From assembly GCA_046498225.1 (NCBI GenBank), contig JAWOBF010000098.1:1-18225 (forward strand): a stretch of DNA of 18,225 bases, written 5' to 3'. Positions within the stretch are counted from its first letter, which is position 1. Each line of letters starts with the position of its first letter. The notes under the pieces were generated by a model. The model had not been told where the DNA came from. It made no database searches and worked only from the letters and a program-made list of their open reading frames with translations. The translations under genes were made by a program, and so were the position numbers. Shown one piece after another: positions 8,832 to 16,266 of the stretch. This DNA comes from Candidatus Aegiribacteria sp. GTDB lineage: Bacteria > Fermentibacterota > Fermentibacteria > Fermentibacterales > JCC-6.

Positions 8832-10301
8832 CTAGTCCCCGGATTCTTCGGTTATGAACCAGCTGGCGACGTTCTCGCCTACGTTGAGCAGGTATCTCAT
8901 GTTGTTCTTCTTCACCGCCGGCGGCAGGAAGCCGCCTCCGAAGGGGGCCAGGCAGAGGAACTCGGCTGGATCGGGAAGCTCATCCACCACCAGGTCCACG
9001 TGCGGCTTGGGCACCGGGTCAACCGGGTATTCCGACATCCTGGACAGCAGCAGTTCTCTCAGCTGGGACCATGAAAGGCCCTGGCAGCTGAATCCCGCCG
9101 CCATCTTGTGTCCCCCGGCGCTGGTGAATACGTCTCCCATGCTCACCAGGAAATCCGCCATGTCCCAGTCGCCGAAGGAACGCGCCTCGCCTACCAGCTT
9201 GCCTTTCTCCCTGGAAGAAACGATGATGGTTCCCCGGTGGGTTATCCTGCTCAGTCTGCTGGCCAGTGTGCCGCCCATCCCGTCGGGTATGTGGTCGAGG
9301 TAAACCAGGTTCATTCCGTAGGCGGAGGCCTGGTCGTCCCTCTCCCTTATGGCCCGGGAGAATATCTCCGACAGCAGGTGGGCCCTGCGCTTGCTCTGTC
9401 TGGTGAGACGCTTCCATATCTTCCTGCATCGCTTGTAGCTCCGGTCCTCCATGAAATCCAGCATTACCTGAATTCCCGAAGCCTCCCCCTTGCCCACCAC
9501 GGATGTTATGGCATGACGGACCATGGCCCCGGTCCAGGCCCTGCGCCTGGCGGGCCACTCCTCGGCCATGACCGCCAGACCGCCGCTCAGCCGGTCCAGC
9601 CTGACCTGCATGAACATCTCCAGCAGATACCTGTTCCAGCCCAGCATGGGAACCCTGTCGGATACGGTTCCCACGGCCACGGCGGTGAGCAGCTCCGGGT
9701 GGTTCTCCCATCGGGGGTAGACGGAGACCAGCGCGGCATACAGTACGGCGCACCCCGCCAGGTATGAGGCGGGGGGTCCCACCTTCTGGGGATTCACCAT
9801 TCCGTGGGCGGGGGGAAGCGGATAGTGCAGCGTGTGGTGGTCTGTGATGACCACTCTTGCGCCCCGGTCCACCGCCCACTTCACGCCGCTTACCGAGGAG
9901 CAGCCGTAATCCACCGTGAGAAGGAGGTCGTTCGGTTCCAGCACCTCCTCCATCCTCTCCGGCAGCAGCCCGTATTCCTCGGTTGAACGTCTGGGATACA
10001 TGGGAACGACCCGAAAGCCCTGGTCCTGAAGTATTCTCCTGCCGATGAACAGACCGGTCATGCCGTCCATGTCGTCATGGCCGTAGAGGACCACCTTGCC
10101 CCCCCGCTGCCTGAGGCGGGAGAGTTCCCGTTCGAGAACATCGACATCCGGCAGTTCCAGTGACCAGTCCGGTCTGTCCGGAAGCCACTCCATCACCGGA
10201 TCGTCGGCCCCCGGAAATCTGTTCTCCAGGACCCTGCGCGCCAGCAACGCATTCCTGCAGACTTGCCGCCTGGAAGCCAGCGCCTCTTCTCCGGAAAGCA
10301 T
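8832..10301 (-). CDS. RecJ-like DHH/DHHA1 phosphoesterase (putative ssDNA exonuclease), shortened at the C-terminus
   Basis: Motifs YGHDDMDG, LLTVDYG, VITDHH, LAGCAV, AVGTVSDRVPM, GEARS, GGHKMAAG and PFGGG follow the RecJ order. ATG at 10301 has GGAG upstream; the ORF track starts at 10349. Confidence 0.85.
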   Translation of the reverse strand: MLSGEEALASRRQVCRNALLARRVLENRFPGADDPVMEWLPDRPDWSLELPDVDVLERELSRLRQRGGKVVLYGHDDMDGMTGLFIGRRILQDQGFRVVPMYPRRSTEEYGLLPERMEEVLEPNDLLLTVDYGCSSVSGVKWAVDRGARVVITDHHTLHYPLPPAHGMVNPQKVGPPASYLAGCAVLYAALVSVYPRWENHPELLTAVAVGTVSDRVPMLGWNRYLLEMFMQVRLDRLSGGLAVMAEEWPARRRAWTGAMVRHAITSVVGKGEASGIQVMLDFMEDRSYKRCRKIWKRLTRQSKRRAHLLSEIFSRAIRERDDQASAYGMNLVYLDHIPDGMGGTLASRLSRITHRGTIIVSSREKGKLVGEARSFGDWDMADFLVSMGDVFTSAGGHKMAAGFSCQGLSWSQLRELLLSRMSEYPVDPVPKPHVDLVVDELPDPAEFLCLAPFGGGFLPPAVKKNNMRYLLNVGENVASWFITEESGD

Positions 10302-10409
10302 CGAAATACTCCAAAATAAACCGTTTGGGCCGTACTCTCGGCCATACAATAATCAACATGATAGACTTATGTTTCACTGAGCTGTTGTCAACCTTCATCC
10401 CTCCCCCCC

Positions 10410-10438
10410 TTGAAACTTTCCCGAATCGCGAATACACT
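10410..10438 (+). promoter_or_regulatory. Sigma70-type promoter for the barrel-HhH / barrel / deaminase operon
   Basis: TTGAAA (10410-10415), 17-nt spacer, TACACT (10433-10438). The ATG begins 7 nt after the -10 box. Confidence 0.6.
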
Positions 10439-10444
10439 CACTGT

Positions 10445-11512
10445 ATGGGAAAGCTGACGGCAGTCCTGGCAGTTACCGCGGCGCTGTGCCTTCCGGCATC
10501 GGCCGCCTTCGAACCCGTTTCCCTGTCGCCATGGCTTCAGGGGGGCGTGGCCTCCTCCCTGTTTCCCCGTTCTCCTCTGGCTCTCGGGCACAACCCGGCC
10601 TCGCTGGCCCTCCTCGAGGGACCGGGACTGGCGGTCTCGGCATCCAGGCCTTTCGGCCTGAAGCGTCTGGACAGAACGGCGGTGGCCGGGAACGTTCAGG
10701 GGAGCACCTGGGCTGTGGGAGGAATGCTTGCGGTCTCCGGCGACGATTCCTACACCGAGATATCCGCGGACGCGGCGCTGGCCTGGAGGCTGGTCCCCAG
10801 GGTCGCCGCCGGCCTGGGCCTGTCGCTCAACAGGCTTCAGATAAGCGGCTACGGCAGGGCCATGGGTGGCGCGCTGCACGGCTCGGCAGTATGGTCCCCG
10901 GTAGACGGGGTCTACGCCACAGCCCTGGTCAGAAGCCTGATCCGCACGGATCTCGGCTCATCCGGTGACCCGGCCTCCCCCCGTTCAGTTGAAATGGCCC
11001 TGGGAGTGGTTCCGGCGGAGAACGTGGTCCTGTCGCTGGGAGCCGCCGGACAGGAGGGGGTGAATATGGAATACTCGGTTCACACAGCGTTCTCTCCCGC
11101 GGACATGCTTTCGCTCTGCACCGGCATCAGGACCGGGCCCGCAAGGTTCTGGGCCTCCGTCCAGCTGTCCGTGCCCTTCCTGGAAGTGCAGTACGGCTAC
11201 GGCGAGCATTCCTCCCTGCCCGGCACCCATTCCGTATCCGTCTCGAGGGGAAACTGCGGATTCAGACCACGGCCCGTCAGCACCTCCTCACAGGAGGAAG
11301 ATGAAACGGCGGTGGAATTCCCGCTCAACGTCAACACGGCAACGGAGGAGCAGCTGACGGCAATACCCGGCATCGGTCCCGCCAAGGCTTCCGCCATAAC
11401 CTCCTGGGTCAGGACCAACGGTCCGGTATCATCGGTACTGCAGCTGGAGGAGGTGCCGGGGATAGGGCCTTCGATGATGAGGGTCCTTGCCGAATACCTT
11501 ACGGCCGAATGA
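10445..11512 (+). CDS. Exported predicted outer-membrane beta-barrel fused to a C-terminal ComEA-type helix-hairpin-helix DNA-binding domain
   Basis: Signal peptide MGKLTAVLAVTAALCLPASA. HNPASLA motif as in FadL/PorV-like barrels, followed by amphipathic beta-strand patterns. An acidic linker leads to LNVNTATEEQLTAIPGIGPAKASAI...QLEEVPGIGPS (two HhH motifs, about 11318-11509). The ORF-track extension to 10160 overlaps the RecJ-like gene and is probably non-coding. The HhH call is strong and the barrel call is moderate. Confidence 0.8.
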   Translation: MGKLTAVLAVTAALCLPASAAFEPVSLSPWLQGGVASSLFPRSPLALGHNPASLALLEGPGLAVSASRPFGLKRLDRTAVAGNVQGSTWAVGGMLAVSGDDSYTEISADAALAWRLVPRVAAGLGLSLNRLQISGYGRAMGGALHGSAVWSPVDGVYATALVRSLIRTDLGSSGDPASPRSVEMALGVVPAENVVLSLGAAGQEGVNMEYSVHTAFSPADMLSLCTGIRTGPARFWASVQLSVPFLEVQYGYGEHSSLPGTHSVSVSRGNCGFRPRPVSTSSQEEDETAVEFPLNVNTATEEQLTAIPGIGPAKASAITSWVRTNGPVSSVLQLEEVPGIGPSMMRVLAEYLTAE

Positions 11513-13011
11513 GATTCCTCGCGCCCGCCGTCCTGGCGCTGTCTCTGTTCTCCATGGCGCGCGCCGGGGGAGACCTGAGGTTCAGGCTGCAGCGCCGCGC
11601 GCCGGATCCGAGGGGAATACTGGAGAACTATTACACAGGGGACGGATGGGACTTCTACAGCCGGCTCATGTACTCTTCCGGCGCATGGGGATTCACATTT
11701 CTCACTCATAAGGCCAGGGGCGAGGACTGGGGTGACATTCTGGGCGGGGGCGCCGCCTGGACTCCCGCTGCCGGACCGGTCAGCTCCGTCTCCGCCGGTT
11801 TTCTGCGGGCGGACATGGGAACCGGCCTGGTAATCGCCGTGCCGGGGAGCTTTTCGGACATCAGCGAACTCTCCATGTACAAGCCTCCAAACAGCAGGAA
11901 CCGCATCCGGCCGGCTACCTCGCCCCGGGGCTGCCGTGCCGACCCGCTCACGGGCGCCGGTGTGATATTGTCCGCCGGCGGGCTGGATATCTCCCTCCTG
12001 GCGGCGCTCTCACCGATAGATTCGCTTGCCGGGGGCTATCACCGCACCCCTTCGGAAGTTCTGGGCCGAGGAGCCCTCCTGGAGAAGCTCGCCGCGGTGA
12101 GACTGGCGCGCGGCGGTCTGGGCCTCACGGGTATGGCGGCATCCAGGAACCGGGGCGACGGATACTCCTGGATGAAGCTGGGAACGGACTGGTCCGCCGA
12201 CCTGGGAGACTGGAACAGCTCGGGAGAGGTGGCGGTGGGAGGCGATTCATCCGGCTCGGCTGTCGCCGGCTGGACGGCTCTATCGCGCAATGCCGCCCAT
12301 TTCCGTCACATGGTAACGGTGCTTCGCAACCCGGAGGGATTCCCGGCGGAGAGGTCATCCGCCCCGGTCTCACGGCAGTGTGACATCGGTGTGGTCACGG
12401 GCTTCAGGTGGAGGGTATTCCCGGGCGCGGCGGTAAAGGCAGGCGCCGGCGCCTACTTCAGTGCAACCGACGACCTCCTCCTGGCTTCCATGGAATTGCA
12501 GTACCGTTTCCCATGGAGCATGACCGGCTCCCTCGGATCGCGCACCAGGACCGAGTCCAACCGGTTCAGCTGGAGGAGCTGGCTCGGTTCTGTATGGCAG
12601 CCGCACGACCTCCTGTCCATCAGGACGAAGGTCCAGCTCTCCGGCTGGAATGACTCCCGGCTCGATTCCACCGAATCCGGCTCCGGCCTTGAACTGAAGC
12701 TCAGGTACACCCGCGGCCGCGGATTCAGGCTGGACCTTGGCGGAGCCGCCTGCTCCACCGACGGATACAATTCAAGGGTGTACGCCGGCGGGTCCTCATT
12801 CCCCGGCGTGTTCAGCTCCACCGCCATCTACGGCAGGACCATCCTGCTGTTCTCACAGCTTTCGGTGAGGGTTGCCGATAAGCTGTGGCTGCGGGGCGCC
12901 GTTTCCAGGCGCACCGTGGATGGAGCCTCATCCCTCGGTTCCGGCTGGGAGGAAACTCAGGGAGACTCCCGTACGGACTTCGGCTTCCAGCTTGACTACG
13001 CGTTCCAATAG
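11509..13011 (+). CDS. Predicted outer-membrane beta-barrel protein
   Basis: ATGA overlap with the upstream gene. Signal peptide MRFLAPAVLALSLFSMARA. Gly/Ser/aromatic-rich alternating strands and a beta-signal-like end FGFQLDYAFQ. AGFLRADMGTGLV and TDGYNSRVY recall the barrel part of FCB-group HhH-domain outer-membrane proteins (from recollection). Confidence 0.7.
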   Translation: MRFLAPAVLALSLFSMARAGGDLRFRLQRRAPDPRGILENYYTGDGWDFYSRLMYSSGAWGFTFLTHKARGEDWGDILGGGAAWTPAAGPVSSVSAGFLRADMGTGLVIAVPGSFSDISELSMYKPPNSRNRIRPATSPRGCRADPLTGAGVILSAGGLDISLLAALSPIDSLAGGYHRTPSEVLGRGALLEKLAAVRLARGGLGLTGMAASRNRGDGYSWMKLGTDWSADLGDWNSSGEVAVGGDSSGSAVAGWTALSRNAAHFRHMVTVLRNPEGFPAERSSAPVSRQCDIGVVTGFRWRVFPGAAVKAGAGAYFSATDDLLLASMELQYRFPWSMTGSLGSRTRTESNRFSWRSWLGSVWQPHDLLSIRTKVQLSGWNDSRLDSTESGSGLELKLRYTRGRGFRLDLGGAACSTDGYNSRVYAGGSSFPGVFSSTAIYGRTILLFSQLSVRVADKLWLRGAVSRRTVDGASSLGSGWEETQGDSRTDFGFQLDYAFQ

Positions 13012-13027
13012 TTTAATCGTTCCCCAC

Positions 13028-13534
13028 ATGCCACGCCGTGAAAAGAAGGAGGAGGAATTGAGACCATCCTGGGACGAATACTTCCTGAAGCTTGCCATGC
13101 TCGCCTCCGAGAGGGCCACCTGCCCAAGGATGCACTGCGGATGCGTTCTGGTGAAGGACAAGTACGTTCTGTCCACCGGGTACAACGGCTCCCTCCCGGG
13201 CCTTCCCCACTGCGAGGACGTGGGATGCCTGATAGTTGAAGGCCATTGCGTAAGGACAAATCATGCCGAGATGAACGCAATTTCCCAGGCCGCCAGGCAC
13301 GGGGTTTCCATCAGGGGAGCCACCGCCTACGTCACCAACATGCCCTGTACAACATGTGCCAAGGCGCTGCTGGCGGCCGGCATCGTCAGGGTGGTGGTGT
13401 TTTCAGATTACAGGGGTTCACTGGCGGAGAATTTCCTGGAGGAGGCCGGCGTTCCCCTGGACAGGCTGCCCATGCCATCGAAGGAAATCAGCTACGACCT
13501 GGAAGGATACACCTCCGCCGCGAAATTCAAGTAA
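13028..13534 (+). CDS. dCMP deaminase / ComEB family zinc-dependent deaminase
   Basis: RPSWDEYF, RATCPR, STGYNG, HAEMNA and PCTTC zinc-deaminase motifs. The start is ATG 13028 or TTG 13058, the latter following GGAGGAGG. Confidence 0.93.
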   Translation: MPRREKKEEELRPSWDEYFLKLAMLASERATCPRMHCGCVLVKDKYVLSTGYNGSLPGLPHCEDVGCLIVEGHCVRTNHAEMNAISQAARHGVSIRGATAYVTNMPCTTCAKALLAAGIVRVVVFSDYRGSLAENFLEEAGVPLDRLPMPSKEISYDLEGYTSAAKFK

Positions 13535-13583
13535 CGCGCATTCGGTGCCTGGCTCGGAATGTATCTTTTAGGGTTGTTTCAGC

Positions 13584-14546
13584 TCAGAGACGGACCGAGA
13601 TGCCCGCCAGCACCGGCCATTCCAGCCGGTCGCGCTGTGAGACGGCCGCCTCTATTATGTAGGTCTCCCCCGATTCGTAGGTGTACTGCACTCCGGCGAA
13701 GAATCCCGTGAGCTCGTCCTCCCCGGGAACAAGCCGGTAGCCTGCAGATACCATGAGCCGGGGAACGTTGATGATGAGTCCCCCTCCATGGGAGCTGGAG
13801 GTGGAAAGTCCCAGACCGCTTCCGGCAAAACAGGTGAGCAGGCTGTTCAGCCTCCAGCTGGCGCCGGCGGATATCTCCACCGGCATGGCCTTCGAAACGC
13901 CGTTCCAGGAGGGGGCGGTTCCCAGGCCGGTAACCGAGACGCCCGCGGCGCCCGCCTCGCCCACGTCCGCGGCAAGACCGGCTGCGGCCGTAATTCCCGC
14001 GCCCGATCCCGAATCGATATTCTCCCATCCTATCCCGGCTGCGGCCCCCGCGGTGAGCCAGTGGTTCAGCCGGTGCGAAGCCCCGGCGAAGAAATTGCCC
14101 GTGGAGTATGAATACTCTCCCGTGACCGCTCCGGTCTCATCCCTTCTCAGTATTCCTCCCCTGCCCAGGTAGGTGAGCCCCGCCGACAGCTTCAGCTCGG
14201 GGGAGGCGGAGAATCCTCCGGCCACCGAAACCGCAGTGGTCTGGAGGTTCCACCTTCCTCCCGCGGCGGTGAAACCGGGAAGTATGAGAGCGGGATTGCC
14301 GAAACCGGATTCGGGCCCGGCGGCCAGCGGTCTGCCGGCGGGGCCCATCATCATAAGGGCGGGAAACCCCGGAGACGAGAGGACCAGCATGTCCGCCGTG
14401 CCGGTATCACCCGCCGCGGCGGAAGAAACCAGGCAGATCAGCGCGATACGGTAAAGTATTCTGTAAACGATCCACCTCCAGTTATTCTGAAAACCGCCGC
14501 GTACAGTCCCGGCGAGGCCGGTCCCCCCTCTGTGCTCAGGTCCCAC
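13584..14546 (-). CDS. PorV/PorQ-like (FadL-fold) outer-membrane beta-barrel; start codon uncertain
   Basis: GNPALI motif and LTYLGRGGILRRDETGAVTGEYSYS segment typical of PorV-like proteins, MPVEISAGASW, amphipathic strands and terminal strand LAGISVRL. Signal-peptide-like YRILYRIALICLVSSAAAG is encoded at about 14410-14466. Confidence 0.65.
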   Translation of the reverse strand: MGPEHRGGTGLAGTVRGGFQNNWRWIVYRILYRIALICLVSSAAAGDTGTADMLVLSSPGFPALMMMGPAGRPLAAGPESGFGNPALILPGFTAAGGRWNLQTTAVSVAGGFSASPELKLSAGLTYLGRGGILRRDETGAVTGEYSYSTGNFFAGASHRLNHWLTAGAAAGIGWENIDSGSGAGITAAAGLAADVGEAGAAGVSVTGLGTAPSWNGVSKAMPVEISAGASWRLNSLLTCFAGSGLGLSTSSSHGGGLIINVPRLMVSAGYRLVPGEDELTGFFAGVQYTYESGETYIIEAAVSQRDRLEWPVLAGISVRL

Positions 14547-15595
14547 GCGCAGGTTCCTCCGGCGGCGGTCACATCCAGGACCACCTCACCGTTCAGGTTG
14601 TATACGCTTATCCTGCATTCATCTCCGGCTTCAACGTTCCAGGCGAAGTTGGCCTGAGAGGTGGCCGGGCTTGGATATACGGCGAAATCCCCCTCGGGCT
14701 CCGGCCCTCCGCCCTCCGGGGGCATGGTATTGTAGTATAACCCCTCCCCGTCGGAGGAGATGTAGAAGGTTCCGTGCAGGTCGGTCCTGTAGACGGTTAT
14801 GTTCCTTCCCAGCAGCCTGTCTACCACCTGGTCGTGGGGATGGCCGTACGGATTGCCCGAACCGACGCAGATGGCGGCAATGGACGGGTTTACCTGGGCA
14901 AGCCACTGTGTACAGGTGGATGTGTAGGAACCGTGGTGTCCAACTTTAAGAACGTCGGCGGAGATATCCTCTATCTCCCCGGTGCTCAGGGCCCCCAGTA
15001 TGACATCTTCCCCCCCGCCGGCCTCCAGGTCTCCGGTGAACAGGAAGGAGACCTCTCCGTAGGTGAGACGCAGCACCAGCGACGAGTTGTTGACGTTGGA
15101 GGGCGACAGGGGCTCCACCGGGTGAAGCACATCAACGGTAAGCTCCGGCCCCCAGTCCAGCTGGTCGCCCCTTCGAGGAATGACGTAGCCGGCGCCGTTC
15201 TCCATTATGGCCTCAAGGTACTCCTCGTATATCCACGTGCCTTCGTAAGGCCAGCCGGAATCCCAGGCCGTGCCCACCGGAAGTTCCCTGAACAGGGATA
15301 TCAGTCCTCCTATATGGTCCGCGTGCTGATGGGAGCCCACCACTCCGTCCAGATAGGTTACCTCGAGACTGTCCAGAAGAGGCAGCACTCTCTGTTCCCC
15401 GCAGTCCCACTGGGGATGACCGGTGTTCCTCATTCCCCCGTCTATTACGAAATGCCTGCCGCCGGGTGTGCGGACCAGCATGGCATCGCCGGAATACTCG
15501 AAATAGGAGGGGTCGATGAAAAACACTACCAGGGGTTCCTGCGACAGGAGAGGGGACACCGCGGATATGAAGAGAAGCGCCAGGAAAGCTCTCAA
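14438..15595 (-). CDS. Secreted ComEC/Rec2-type metallo-beta-lactamase-fold hydrolase (putative nuclease) with a C-terminal FlgD-Ig/T9SS-like sorting domain
   Basis: Signal peptide MRAFLALLFISAVSPLLS. Motifs GDAMLV, IDGG, SHQHADHIGG (HxHxDH), NNSSLVLRL, FLFTGD, LKVGHHGS, NPYGHP and RTD..G. C-terminal VYPSP...ISVYNLNGEVV...WD...PGLY. No membrane Competence domain, so this is not a full ComEC. Confidence 0.88.
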   Translation of the reverse strand: MRAFLALLFISAVSPLLSQEPLVVFFIDPSYFEYSGDAMLVRTPGGRHFVIDGGMRNTGHPQWDCGEQRVLPLLDSLEVTYLDGVVGSHQHADHIGGLISLFRELPVGTAWDSGWPYEGTWIYEEYLEAIMENGAGYVIPRRGDQLDWGPELTVDVLHPVEPLSPSNVNNSSLVLRLTYGEVSFLFTGDLEAGGGEDVILGALSTGEIEDISADVLKVGHHGSYTSTCTQWLAQVNPSIAAICVGSGNPYGHPHDQVVDRLLGRNITVYRTDLHGTFYISSDGEGLYYNTMPPEGGGPEPEGDFAVYPSPATSQANFAWNVEAGDECRISVYNLNGEVVLDVTAAGGTCAWDLSTEGGPASPGLYAAVFRITGGGSFTEYFTVSR

Positions 15596-15613
15596 GTATC
15601 TCTTCCGTTCAGT

Positions 15614-16207
15614 CTATTGTACGAATGCCTTTATGAAGGCCCAGCTGTTCTGGGCGAAAGAGTTCTGGTAAACGCTGTTCTGCCCCCCGGGGGTTCCCAT
15701 GTCGCCCAGGCCGAAGGTGAGAGTGGAGTAATCCCAGGAGGAATTGCTGTTGGAGACCCATCCGGGATTTATCCTCTCGCAGGATACGCCCGGCTGTATC
15801 GGCCAGCTGCCGTCGTAATCTATGCGGTCGACTATGCCTCTTGCGCTGTTGTAGAGAATGAGGGAGCCATTCTCATGGACAGTGAAACCGCTGTAAACTT
15901 GGTTGGGCGCAACTCCGCCGTTCTGGGTCTCGTCGCCGCAGGCCGCCATGACGAAATACCCTTGGGGAGGAAGAAGGTAGGTCGAGAGAGAGATCTCCTG
16001 TCCGTAGCTGTTCTCCAGCACCCATCCGGAGAGATTGATCCACTCGTCGGTATTGTTGTAGAGCTCCACCCATTCTCCGTCAGCCTCCGTGCACGAACTC
16101 TGCGGCAGCGCCATGAACTCGTTGATGACCACACTGTTCGATGACAGAATGCCCCCGTCACATCCAGACGGAAGCTGGGCGGAAAGCATCAGAAGAACAA
16201 GGACCAT
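15614..16207 (-). CDS. Exported lamin-tail-domain (LTD) protein with a C-terminal SWAFIKAF motif
   Basis: VVINEFMALP, DGEWVELYN, INLSGWVL, IVDRIDY, SCERI and GTPGGQNS are typical of bacterial LTD proteins. Short hydrophobic N-terminus. RBS GAGGAGG at 16220-16214. Confidence 0.85.
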   Translation of the reverse strand: MVLVLLMLSAQLPSGCDGGILSSNSVVINEFMALPQSSCTEADGEWVELYNNTDEWINLSGWVLENSYGQEISLSTYLLPPQGYFVMAACGDETQNGGVAPNQVYSGFTVHENGSLILYNSARGIVDRIDYDGSWPIQPGVSCERINPGWVSNSNSSWDYSTLTFGLGDMGTPGGQNSVYQNSFAQNSWAFIKAFVQ

Positions 16208-16266
16208 AAGCTACCTCCTCAATAAACCCCTTCCTGTATGAAACAGGAGAGATAAACATCATCATG

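Noticed and set aside
10160..10444. N-terminal 95-aa extension of the barrel-HhH ORF
   Set aside because: It overlaps the RecJ-like gene and the promoter region. The signal peptide begins at ATG 10445.
13028..13534. Deaminase as an anti-phage dCTP-depletion system
   Set aside because: It is a short stand-alone ComEB/dCMP-deaminase type with no kinase-like fusion and no defence-island context.
13535..13583. Terminator between the convergent deaminase and PorV-like genes
   Set aside because: Only a very short stem (GCA-TTCGG-TGC) is present, which is too weak to call.
14438..15595. Calling this gene comEC
   Set aside because: Only the MBL domain is present. There is no multi-TM Competence channel, and it carries export signals instead.
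14774..16144. 456-aa plus-strand ORF spanning the MBL and LTD genes
   Set aside because: It is an antisense shadow of two motif-supported genes, with no domain signal.
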